From Candidatus Lokiarchaeum ossiferum (GTDB taxonomy: Archaea > Asgardarchaeota > Lokiarchaeia > Sigyniarchaeales > Promethearchaeaceae), in contig CP104013.1 of the NCBI GenBank assembly GCA_025839675.1, positions 1,290,001-1,322,000 of the forward strand: a stretch of 32,000 nucleotides of DNA. Reading direction: 5' to 3'. The notes under the pieces were generated by a model, which saw only the letters and a program-made list of their open reading frames with translations, was not told where the DNA came from and did no database searches. Below, piece after piece: positions 8,948 to 17,067 of this stretch. Position 1 is the stretch's first letter; every line of letters begins with the position of its first letter. The translations under genes and the position numbers were made by a program.

Positions 8948-9998
8948 TTATTCTTGCACCATCCTTCAAATTGTTTTTTAAAGTTGAAATATCCAATCCC
9001 ATAATTTCAATTCTTTTAATAATATCATCAGTAGGAACCGACCATCTTCTAAATTTATGATTATACACCCATTCTTCCTGATTATTATCCCAAGCTATTA
9101 AAGAATATTCTACTGATCTGCCTCGCATGAATTTCAACAAACAGCATTTATTTGGATAATTTTTTTTTGAAAATGTAGAACCAAGTTTGAGATGAAGAGT
9201 TTCAGAATCGGGATATATGATAATATTCTCATTGTCTCTGGTTTCATGTTCATGTCCAGTTATTAAAACATGAGTTTTTCTCCTAATTCTGTCAAAATCG
9301 TTGTCTTTCTTCCTATTATCAGCAAACCAGCGTTTCGGATGATGAAAAAGAGTAACAACAAATGGTAATTCTTCTCGGTCAATTCTATTTTTGTTTTGGA
9401 GAACTGAAAAAAATAAATCTCCTAGCCATAATTTTTTTTTATCTGTAGAAGAATTTTTACTAAACCAACAGGAATTTAAAGATATAAAATAGATCTGTCC
9501 AATTTTTCTAAAACCAAATAAGTAATTCTTATGATACTTCCCATGTTTGTCACCATATTCAAACTCTGGTATTTTTAAGTCTTTACTCATAAAAGAAATG
9601 TAATCTTCAAAACCTGAAAAATAATGATCTAGGTTTGTTTCTAACTCGTTTTCTACTTCATCTTTATCATCAATGTAGTCAATAATATGTGATTTACTTC
9701 GAAGTCGATCATGATTACCTGGTGTTATTAATAAATTCTCCATTGGAATAGATAATTCACTTAGAAATTTGTCAAGCCAATCTTTTTTAAAATGCAAATA
9801 ATCATCATTACTTCCATAATAAGCTATATCACCTACAATAACACAGATATCGGGTTTTGATTCATCTGGAAGAGTCTTAATTTGATCAATTAATTTATCT
9901 AAGCAAATCATCCTCTTGCTGAAATTTGCATCATTTGGGTCTTTTGACTTATAAGATGTAAAATGAATATCAGAAAGACACAGAACTACATTTTCCAT
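8940..9998 (-). CDS. Calcineurin-like metallophosphoesterase
   Basis: All five canonical motifs appear in order: LSDIHF (DxH), VGDIAYYG (GDxx), PGNHD (GNHD/E), LFHHP (H) and ITGHEHE (GHxH). Confidence 0.85.
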   Translation of the reverse strand: MENVVLCLSDIHFTSYKSKDPNDANFSKRMICLDKLIDQIKTLPDESKPDICVIVGDIAYYGSNDDYLHFKKDWLDKFLSELSIPMENLLITPGNHDRLRSKSHIIDYIDDKDEVENELETNLDHYFSGFEDYISFMSKDLKIPEFEYGDKHGKYHKNYLFGFRKIGQIYFISLNSCWFSKNSSTDKKKLWLGDLFFSVLQNKNRIDREELPFVVTLFHHPKRWFADNRKKDNDFDRIRRKTHVLITGHEHETRDNENIIIYPDSETLHLKLGSTFSKKNYPNKCCLLKFMRGRSVEYSLIAWDNNQEEWVYNHKFRRWSVPTDDIIKRIEIMGLDISTLKNNLKDGARINE

Positions 9999-10306
9999 TT
10001 TTTTATTTAATAATTTATTTTGACTATATATTAGCTTTCGTCTCGGTAAGAAAAAACATGGAATTCTATTTTTTTTATAATCAATTTTTGGGGAATATAG
10101 GAAAAAAGGAACAACTTTTCAACTGTCCCTTTTCTATTCTAATTTACAAACAAATCCTTATAACTATTGTTAAGTAAACTCACCAAAATTGTCAAAATAG
10201 AATAAGCAAAAAATAATGTTACAAGATAAAGCGCTGAGGCATTTTTCCAGTAAATTTCTTCAATAGGTTCTCTAAAGGGAGTGAATTTATCATTATTTTA
10301 ATTATA

Positions 10307-12283
10307 TTACTCTAAATATTGTTTTAACTTAGAAAATGAACCAAATACGGAAGGATACCTTTTAATTCTCTCTTTAAAATTCATCTCTACTTTTATATCA
10401 CATTTTTCAAAGTATAGTTCAGTATTCAGATCAATCCATTCATAAACAACTATGAAACATTCAATTTCATGATGTGGATATAATTTCTTCAAAGCTTTTT
10501 TCTTTTTGATTAGTTGTTTAATAATTTCTTCCTTACTATGCACAAAATATTTACACTCATAGCATGAAAGTACATTTTCATCTTTCAAAATATAAATATC
10601 AATTTCTTCGCCATAAATACTTTTTCCCCAAGATATTTCAAAATTGGGATATTTATTTGTATACCATTGATATACAACTGCCTCGAAAGCAAAACCCTTT
10701 CTTTTGTCTATATCCATTTCTAATTTTTTTAACTTATCTTTTTGAGAATGTATAATTGAATATTTGGTTTTTCCCTGAAGATATTTAAGCAAGATATCCA
10801 TTTTTAGATGAATAACATCAAGGGTTATAATCAAAAGGTTTGAATTAATGGTATCCATGATATTTTTATAAAGTGAAGGTCCAAATCCATGATAACCATA
10901 GGTAGCTACATTGAAGAAAAATAACCAACCTGAAAAATCAGAACCAATAGTTCCATAGCCTTCCATCAATACTGCAACTGAAATATCACCTGAAGTTCCA
11001 TCTTCGTGCTTAAAAATTTTTATTTGTAGCTTATTCTCAAAATTTTGATTCTTTCTTCTAAATATCTCACCTCTAATTAGCGATAAGCATGTGTAATAGC
11101 CATTGAATAATGTGTCATTTCCTTCCAATACATCCACTTTATACCAAAATAACTTCTGATCCAAAATATGAGATATTTGTTTTTCAGACATACCATCATT
11201 GATTTCTTCAATTTCATGTTTCTTTGAAAAAAAGGGCATAACAATCTCTTTTTTAATTGGACATTTCCATTTAACTAGTTCAATTAACGAAAGATAGGAA
11301 AGCTGAGATTCGTAATTTTGAATTAATTGCCTTATTCCTTTAAAAGTCCACGATATTAAGGACCAAATCATATTTACCATTATCTGCTTGCTTATTTTTT
11401 CGTTTGTAATTTGTTCGTCGTAAGGAGACAAGAACCTACTCCAAAATGAAAAATTAGATTCGAAATCTGTATCAGTAAACTTCTTGATCTGAGAAGTTAT
11501 AATTTTCAGCCCAGAGTTAATTGTTTTAATATTTTTTTTCTTATTTCTTTTGAAATCTTCTGGAATTCCCATTTCATGTTCTTTATACAAGTTTTCTATG
11601 GATTTTGAAATAAAAAAGTTAGATATTTCCCCATAATTTGATTTTAAGATTGAAACGGTGTTTATCAAATTGACTAAATTATTTTTCTTAATTAAATCGC
11701 TATATTCAATAATTTTAAATTTATCAATAAGAAATTTGATCGTAATAAGATAACCGGAGATTATTTTGAGAATAAAAATTCCGGTTAGTTTAGTTTGGTT
11801 AAACTTATTGAAAAAAATATTAGGTTCTTTGTGATCTACGGTTAAATAATCTAATAGTTCGTAAAATTCAATAATTTTTATTTTTTTACTAATATCTCCA
11901 TCTAATAGATATCCATTTTCAGATATATAAGCTAATAAAACATCAATAAACTTATTTATCAAAGTGATATGTTCTTTGATTTCATCAAATGATTTAGCTT
12001 TTCTTATTTTTCTTCCTAAATTAATTAATCCTTTAATAAATTGAATTCTCTCACAATTTTCGGGGATATCATTCAAATTTACTTTGTTAGAATAGAAACC
12101 TCTCAAGAAATTTTTATTATATTCTAAATCTAAGATTTCATCATTATCAATTTCCTTAATAACATTTGACCAAGAAAGATTCAAAATAAATTTATATCCA
12201 AAAAAAATTTCCTTCGTTTGGAAAATTTCAAGGTTATGAGTATAATAATTTATATAATTCAAAAACTCATCAACATAACACAT
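10307..12283 (-). CDS. 658-aa protein with a C-terminal PD-(D/E)xK (restriction-endonuclease-fold) nuclease-like domain; the N-terminal about 500 aa are unknown
   Basis: The C-terminal region reads KGFAFEAVVYQWY...GEEIDIYILKDENVLSCYECKYFV. This gives a helix Glu, then a D on a beta strand, then E-x-K, which is the classical PD-(D/E)xK arrangement. Confidence 0.6.
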   Translation of the reverse strand: MCYVDEFLNYINYYTHNLEIFQTKEIFFGYKFILNLSWSNVIKEIDNDEILDLEYNKNFLRGFYSNKVNLNDIPENCERIQFIKGLINLGRKIRKAKSFDEIKEHITLINKFIDVLLAYISENGYLLDGDISKKIKIIEFYELLDYLTVDHKEPNIFFNKFNQTKLTGIFILKIISGYLITIKFLIDKFKIIEYSDLIKKNNLVNLINTVSILKSNYGEISNFFISKSIENLYKEHEMGIPEDFKRNKKKNIKTINSGLKIITSQIKKFTDTDFESNFSFWSRFLSPYDEQITNEKISKQIMVNMIWSLISWTFKGIRQLIQNYESQLSYLSLIELVKWKCPIKKEIVMPFFSKKHEIEEINDGMSEKQISHILDQKLFWYKVDVLEGNDTLFNGYYTCLSLIRGEIFRRKNQNFENKLQIKIFKHEDGTSGDISVAVLMEGYGTIGSDFSGWLFFFNVATYGYHGFGPSLYKNIMDTINSNLLIITLDVIHLKMDILLKYLQGKTKYSIIHSQKDKLKKLEMDIDKRKGFAFEAVVYQWYTNKYPNFEISWGKSIYGEEIDIYILKDENVLSCYECKYFVHSKEEIIKQLIKKKKALKKLYPHHEIECFIVVYEWIDLNTELYFEKCDIKVEMNFKERIKRYPSVFGSFSKLKQYLE

Positions 12284-12770
12284 TTTTTTAAAAATTTTAA
12301 CTGCCCCTATAATATTTATTTCTTTTCACCTATTTGATGCTTTATTAGATGAGTACTCATAATTAAGTCTTTATCAAAGCACTTAAATTCGAAACCTAAT
12401 AATATTGATTCTACATATTGATTATTTTTTTTATGCGTTATGAATATAAAGTCGCCCCCCATGTTCCCATATCCCAGATTTCCAACACATGGTGAATTTT
12501 GGCAAACACTTTCGATAAAATTTCTGGGTCGTGGTTATAATACTATTCAGAATTACCTATGTAGGATATAGTAAGGAATGGAAATCAAATTAATTTTTGA
12601 AACTCATAAATATGAATCTTATCTCAACACAATTACTAATCAAATATTCTTACATACATTGTACAAATTACGTTATATTATGATTTGCACCGCTTTTAGA
12701 GCAATAATTTGGAATGGATATAGTTCCAAATGATTTGAACCGAAATAGATAATTTTTAGAAAAAATGGAT

Positions 12771-13463
12771 TTATTTTTTCGAATTAAATACCCATAATAG
12801 AAAATCTTCATCCCCGCGGGTCTTGCCCAAATAAAAACTAGGAATCTTATATTTCACAGAGATTTCCAGCAAACGAATGGTGAGTAATTTCGTCAAGGGA
12901 GTCAAATCGAGAATCACATTGGAATCTTTTTGCTCTGACTGGATGAGAGATTCCAAATTTTGAAAAATGGAACTATCATCATTACGATATTCTAAATAAG
13001 GATATTCATGGACGACATCAAAAGTCTCGAATTTTTTGGCGTCTTTAAGGTTGGATTTGGGGGTGACAAACGCTACGATCCGAGAAATGACATAGCCTTC
13101 TTTTTGGAGAAGGGCTTTAGATTTGAGGGGAATTTCATAGGAGGGGCCAAAAGTAGGGCTATCCAGACCAAATCCGGTGATAAGCGTATAATGATCCTTA
13201 GAGATCCCAAGGAGGGAACGAACCCGTTGTATAGCATTGGGATGAATCGCAATTTCATTCAAGGACACATTACCAACGGTTGCCAAAGTTTTTTTTGTGA
13301 TTAAATCCGCTTCTTCTAACTTATTTAAATTATAGAGAAGACCTGCCCCCGAAATGCCAATAGCCATAGCAAGATCTTTTTGCTGGTAAGGTTTTTTCTC
13401 CAAAAGAGCCAGAATATGGAGTTGCTTGTCATTTAAATGGTAGTTAAAAGTGCGGTTAAACAT
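12771..13463 (-). CDS. Transcriptional regulator: N-terminal wHTH fused to a C-terminal Csa3-like CARF domain
   Basis: The N-terminus is ArsR/MarR-like: LHILALLEKKPYQQKDLAMAIGISGAGLLYNLNKLEEADLI. The C-terminal half has alternating beta/alpha pattern with YTLITGFG after strand 1 (compare Csa3 FVTMGF). It also has VILDLTPLTK, which fits the CARF strand-4 signature [DN]x[ST]xxx[RK]. Confidence 0.5.
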   Translation of the reverse strand: MFNRTFNYHLNDKQLHILALLEKKPYQQKDLAMAIGISGAGLLYNLNKLEEADLITKKTLATVGNVSLNEIAIHPNAIQRVRSLLGISKDHYTLITGFGLDSPTFGPSYEIPLKSKALLQKEGYVISRIVAFVTPKSNLKDAKKFETFDVVHEYPYLEYRNDDSSIFQNLESLIQSEQKDSNVILDLTPLTKLLTIRLLEISVKYKIPSFYLGKTRGDEDFLLWVFNSKK

Positions 13464-13510
13464 TTGAATCTAATGATAATTGGTCACAGCAAGACTTTAA
13501 AGATTTCTTT

Positions 13511-13546
13511 AATCGCCGTTAAAAAAAAATTAAATAGCCGTTAAAA
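13511..13546. promoter_or_regulatory. Two 14-nt direct repeats, AAT[C/A]GCCGTTAAAA, spaced 22 nt start to start in the divergent intergenic region; candidate operator
   Basis: aatcgccgttaaaa is at 13511-13524 and aatagccgttaaaa at 13533-13546, with one mismatch. They lie between the wHTH-CARF gene (start 13463, minus) and the Smr gene (start 13647, plus). Confidence 0.4.
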
Positions 13547-13646
13547 TTATTCTTAAATACCATTAATGAGTTTATTTAATCGTGAAATTTGAGGAATTTA
13601 ACTTTGAATTCGATCAACTTATCACAAAAAATGGGAGGATGAGAAA

Positions 13647-13937
13647 ATGCAGATCGACTTACATGGATATAACTTGGCCGAAGCCATTGAAGACGTGTGC
13701 TGGAGGGCAACCGAAGCGGTACAAAGTGGAGATCATGTTTTGGAAATTGTGCATGGATTCCATCGTGGACAGGTCCTACAAACTCATTTCACTTCGTATG
13801 CCTTCAAGCAGGAAATGCAACGAATTGGAATCCAAATTCAGTATGACCCCGCGTCGTCCGACGAGGGGTTCTCAGTGTTTACAATGACCGCGCTAGCCCA
13901 TCACATACCACATCAAAAGACCTACATAGGGAGGTGA
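13647..13937 (+). CDS. Smr (small MutS-related) domain protein
   Basis: MQIDLHGYNLAEAIEDV...GDHVLEIVHGFHRGQVL matches the Smr pattern LDLHG...EA...hhIIHGxGxG. GGAGG at 13634-13638 lies 8 nt before the ATG. The overlapping ORF 13582..13887 in another frame has no recognisable features. Confidence 0.65.
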   Translation: MQIDLHGYNLAEAIEDVCWRATEAVQSGDHVLEIVHGFHRGQVLQTHFTSYAFKQEMQRIGIQIQYDPASSDEGFSVFTMTALAHHIPHQKTYIGR

Positions 13938-13947
13938 ACACACAGAC

Positions 13948-14082
13948 ATGGCAAAAAAAGCAATGGATAAAGCCGCCGCTCGACGGATCCAATCCGCTCA
14001 AGATAAGAAGGGAGCGAAGGGGGATGCACGATTCAAAAGTGTAGCCCAAAGTAAAGCGGCCAAAAATACCCAAAAGAAATAA
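13948..14082 (+). CDS. Small (44 aa) basic hydrophilic protein, MAKKAMDKAAARRIQSAQDKKGAKGDARFKSVAQSKAAKNTQKK
   Basis: It starts 11 nt after the Smr stop, with GGAGG at 13930-13934, and is followed by a strong hairpin plus T-run. From memory it weakly resembles the IQSA...AQSAA repeats of SMP-type hydrophilins. It falls below the ORF-track size cutoff. Confidence 0.4.
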   Translation: MAKKAMDKAAARRIQSAQDKKGAKGDARFKSVAQSKAAKNTQKK

Positions 14083-14096
14083 ACGGGGTTTTTTTT

Positions 14097-14127
14097 AGGA
14101 TAGAAGGTTGCTTCTATCCTTTTTTTT
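14097..14127 (+). terminator. Intrinsic-terminator-like hairpin with a T-run
   Basis: aggatagaag (14097-14106), loop gttg, then cttctatcct (14111-14120) form a perfect 10-bp stem. T7 follows at 14121-14127, directly after the small ORF. Confidence 0.6.
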
Positions 14128-14154
14128 GTGTTTGTTAGAGAAGGAGAAAGCGAA

Positions 14155-14436
14155 ATGTATTTACCAGAAAAGAAACGAATTCACGATCCAAACACCGAAG
14201 TGGCCATTTTTTGGGATTATGAAAATATTCGGGTGGTCGCAAAAGGCATCAAGGTTCCATTAGCAGAAGCCTTGGATGCCTATACAGCAAAAATCGGATT
14301 CTTGCGTATTAAAAAAATCTACTCCGATTGGACCGATATCAATAAGGCAATCATCAAGGCCATGTATATGCTCTTATTGATATTTAACTTGTGGAACATT
14401 AGAGGAAAATGTATTTTGCGGAAGAATTTTATATAA
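14155..14436 (+). pseudogene. NYN-domain gene 5' fragment: N-terminal about 70 codons, then unrelated AT-rich tail
   Basis: MYLPEKKRIHDPNTEVAIFWDYENIRVVAKGIKVPLAEALDAYTAKIGFLRIKKIYSDWTDINKAIIKAMY carries the first NYN motif (hhWDxEN). After position 14368 the sequence turns AT-rich and similarity to the full copy ends. AGGAG at 14142-14146 precedes the ATG at 14155. The track's earlier GTG at 14128 is less likely. Confidence 0.6.
14206..14368 (+). repeat. Left copy of a 163-nt diverged direct repeat (NYN codons about 18-71)
   Basis: Hand alignment with 16288-16450 at a constant offset of 2082 gives 26 mismatches in 163 positions and no indels. Confidence 0.85.
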
Positions 14437-14496
14437 AGTTTAAATTTCACAAACAGATTATTATTATAATTTAGAATTCCCAAAAGGTAAACCATC

Positions 14497-16197
14497 TTGT
14501 TAAAAAAAACACAAATCAGAATTATCTCTTCAATATTTTTCTTATTATTCTTATTTTCCTTTGATTCAACATTTATTTTTTTAAACTCATCAAAATTAGA
14601 AAAAAAAAGAGGACTCATAATTAAAAAGAATATTGGAGGATGTAAATCTAATAACAAACAACAGGATCTTCCAACAGATGAAGAAAAATTAGGAGGATTG
14701 CTGATTTCCACTTATTTTGGAGGAAGCAATATGGAGTCAAGTAAAATGATCGTAGATGAAATGGGATATATATATATTGGAGGCGTAACTAGGAGTAAAG
14801 ATTTCCCAACAACTCATGGAGCATTAAATAGAACACATGATAGTTTTACAGAAATATTTATCTGCAAATTTAATAATGATTGTTCGAAATTGATTTATTC
14901 CACTTTTATTGGAAGTTCTGATGGAGATTATTTATCTGATTTAGCAGTTGATAATTATGGATGTGTTTACATAACAGGTTCAACAAATCAATCAATTTTT
15001 CTTAATGATTCAGTAATAATTCCCCCCAGAATAGAGGTTCCAGAAGTTTCAGGTAATTCAGATATTTTTATTTGCAAAATCAATAATAAAGGCACGGATA
15101 TGGAGTACTCCACACAAATGGGGGGATTAAGAAATGATTACGCCATAAGTATTATCATAGATGATGATAATTGCACATATATTACAGGTACGACTGAGAG
15201 TTATAATTTTCCATCCACAAATGGAGCTTATGATGAAAGTCACAATGGTAACAAGGATGCTTTCATATGTAAATTAAATAATAATGGAACCGATTTAGAA
15301 TATTCAACATTTTTAGGAGGATCTAACACTGATCAAGGATTAGATATAACAATTGATGACTTCAGAAATGTATATATTACTGGTTATACCTTCCACTATG
15401 AAGGTACACTTTTTCCAACAACAGATGGAGCTTTTAATCGGGATCATGGAGGTCAATATGATGCTTTCATTTGTAAAATGAATAGCGATGGCACGGATTT
15501 AATTTATTCTACATTAATAGGAGGGAGAGGAGAAGAAAAAGGACATGCAATTTGGGTAGATAATGAATATTGCGCATATATAACAGGGTACACAAATTCA
15601 TGGCAAGATTTTCCTATTACAGATGATTCATATGTTTCAAATTCTTTGGGACAGAATGATGTCTATGTATTCAAGTTAAATCCAGAAGGAAGCCAAATAG
15701 TTTATTCTACATTAATTGGAGGATCAGATTGGGAAACGGGATTAGCAATATGTGTAGATTCTTTTGGTTACTCTTATGTAACTGGAAAAACTATGAGCAA
15801 AAACTTTCCTACAACTCCAGGCGCAATTGATGGAAAACATAATGGTCGAAGAGATGTCTTCCTATTAAAATTAGACCAAAATGGAACACAAATAGATTAT
15901 TCCACATATCTCGGTGGATCAGAATATGATGAAGGTAATAGCATTGCAATGTGTAATTCAGGTACAGTCATAATTTCAGGAGAAACAGCATCACATGATT
16001 TTCCAACGACTAATGGTTCATTTCAAGAAATACAAAGTGGTAATTATGATATTTTTTTTAGCAGAATTTATGCAAAATCAAATAATGAAAAGAAAATTCA
16101 AAGTTTTCGAATTCAGTCCATAAGTATTATTAGTATCATTTCAATATGGGCAATCACTTATATAAAGAGAAAAAAGCTTAAATTTATGAGGACCTAA
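14497..16197 (+). CDS. Surface or secreted seven-bladed beta-propeller protein (SBBP-type repeats) with an N-terminal signal/anchor and a C-terminal TM anchor
   Basis: Seven repeats follow the pattern YSTxhGGsxxDxGxxIxVDxxGxxYITGxTxSxxFPTTxGAxxxxxxGxxDxFhxKLNxxGxxL. The N-terminus is hydrophobic (IISSIFFLLFLFSF) with a TTG start. The C-terminus reads ISIISIISIWAITYIKRKK. Confidence 0.8.
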   Translation: MLKKTQIRIISSIFFLLFLFSFDSTFIFLNSSKLEKKRGLIIKKNIGGCKSNNKQQDLPTDEEKLGGLLISTYFGGSNMESSKMIVDEMGYIYIGGVTRSKDFPTTHGALNRTHDSFTEIFICKFNNDCSKLIYSTFIGSSDGDYLSDLAVDNYGCVYITGSTNQSIFLNDSVIIPPRIEVPEVSGNSDIFICKINNKGTDMEYSTQMGGLRNDYAISIIIDDDNCTYITGTTESYNFPSTNGAYDESHNGNKDAFICKLNNNGTDLEYSTFLGGSNTDQGLDITIDDFRNVYITGYTFHYEGTLFPTTDGAFNRDHGGQYDAFICKMNSDGTDLIYSTLIGGRGEEKGHAIWVDNEYCAYITGYTNSWQDFPITDDSYVSNSLGQNDVYVFKLNPEGSQIVYSTLIGGSDWETGLAICVDSFGYSYVTGKTMSKNFPTTPGAIDGKHNGRRDVFLLKLDQNGTQIDYSTYLGGSEYDEGNSIAMCNSGTVIISGETASHDFPTTNGSFQEIQSGNYDIFFSRIYAKSNNEKKIQSFRIQSISIISIISIWAITYIKRKKLKFMRT

Positions 16198-16287
16198 CAA
16201 AAAGAGTTTATCGCAGGGCTAAAAATAATTTGCACATTTAAACTAACCAATAGTAGCATCCATTTTTTCATTATATTTTCCCTCAAA

Positions 16288-16450
16288 ATTATTTGGGATT
16301 ATGAAAACATCCGGGTGGTCGTGAAGGGGATTGAAGTACCTTTAGCGGAGTCCCTAGATGCCTATACAGCAAAAATCGGATTCTTGCGGATTAAAAAAAT
16401 CAACTCCGATTGGACCAATGTCAATAAAACAATCCTTAAAGCCATGTATA
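16288..16450 (+). repeat. Right copy of the 163-nt diverged direct repeat
   Basis: See 14206-14368. The copy begins abruptly at the AT-rich/GC-richer boundary. Confidence 0.85.
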
Positions 16451-17055
16451 GTCTCGGATTTGAACCAATTCAAGTATCCATGGGCAAAACTAATAGCGTG
16501 GATGTCAAAATTGCAGTGGATTGTCTGGACACCGCGCAATTAATCCCCAGCATTAGCACGTATATTATTGTCACGGGAGATAAGGATTTCATCCCGGTCA
16601 TTAATTGGCTAAAATCCCACAAAAAACGTGTGATTATCATTGGAAAGGCGGATTTGGTGAGCGATCATCTCCTCCTAAGTGCGAATGATTTTATTTCCCT
16701 CGAAGAACTCTCGAAACTGGAAAAACAACAGAAATCCTCGAAAGAAAATGGAAAGCAAAAGTTAACCATTTCATTTACGGAAGCAGTGAAATGTTTGGTT
16801 CAGAGTATTCACCAATTGCATTCCAAGGGCAAACCAAGTCGTTTTTTAACCTTAGATAAGTACATGCGAAGTTTGGATCAATTCAATTATCGGGGGGCCG
16901 CTTCGATAGAAAAACCCAATGGAAAGGGAAATTTTACATCCTTTACCAATTTGGTGAAAATGGCGGAAAGTCAAGGCAAAGTGAAATCCATTACGGTAAA
17001 TGGGTTCCGAGAAATTCGAGTCAATCCATCCAAAAAAGAGAAGAAAAAAGCATAG
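16315..17055 (+). CDS. NYN (LabA/limkain-b1-type PIN-like) domain protein with a C-terminal OST-HTH/LOTUS-like domain; no proper 5' end
   Basis: TYIIVTGDKDFIPVINWLKSHKKRVIIIGK is the typical NYN C-terminal motif. The C-terminal about 90 aa (FTEAVKCLVQSI...FTSFTNLVKMAESQGKVKS) resemble OST-HTH. Homology including IIWDYENIRVV extends upstream to 16288, but no ATG, GTG or TTG exists in frame before the GTG at 16315. Translation from that GTG would lack the first catalytic Asp. Confidence 0.7.
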   Translation: MVVKGIEVPLAESLDAYTAKIGFLRIKKINSDWTNVNKTILKAMYSLGFEPIQVSMGKTNSVDVKIAVDCLDTAQLIPSISTYIIVTGDKDFIPVINWLKSHKKRVIIIGKADLVSDHLLLSANDFISLEELSKLEKQQKSSKENGKQKLTISFTEAVKCLVQSIHQLHSKGKPSRFLTLDKYMRSLDQFNYRGAASIEKPNGKGNFTSFTNLVKMAESQGKVKSITVNGFREIRVNPSKKEKKKA

Positions 17056-17067
17056 AGAGACACCGTC

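Noticed and set aside
5306-9998. Interpretation of the phosphoesterase plus 1213-aa pair as SbcCD or Mre11-Rad50
   Set aside because: The large protein lacks a Walker A (no GxxxxGK[ST]), a signature motif and a Walker B/D-loop arrangement. The gene order and size similarity alone are not enough.
13008-13304. ORFs 13008..13304 (+) and 13073..13258 (-) inside the wHTH-CARF gene; likewise 13582..13887 and 13879..14073 around the Smr gene
   Set aside because: These are alternative-frame or antisense ORFs made possible by the locally higher GC. The frames I annotated carry clear domain motifs, and these do not.
14319-14711. 130-aa minus-strand ORF spanning the NYN-fragment/SBBP junction; also antisense ORFs 10564..10755, 16354..16539, 16358..16543, 17202..17411, 21285..21485, 21921..22103, 22550..22753, 28032..28253 and 29339..29536
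   Set aside because: All overlap better-supported genes or lie in AT-rich spacers, and none has any motif. I treat them as chance ORFs.
16195-16317. The SBBP gene stop codon (TAA, 16195-16197) is in the same frame as the downstream NYN copy, with 39 open codons between them
   Set aside because: Read-through producing a membrane-anchored propeller-NYN fusion is conceivable. Sharing a frame has a one-in-three chance, and no recoding signal is visible.
16452-16466. 15-nt identity (tcggatttgaaccaa) between the NYN gene, just after the repeat boundary, and the T-arm region of the tRNA gene (1838-1852); a shorter gatttgaacc copy lies at about 12739
   Set aside because: It is tempting as an att-site remnant. 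However, it lies inside conserved NYN coding sequence (SLGFEPIQ), is short, and no further tRNA-like sequence flanks it. It is probably coincidence, though a genome-wide search for longer partial tRNA-Phe copies would settle it.
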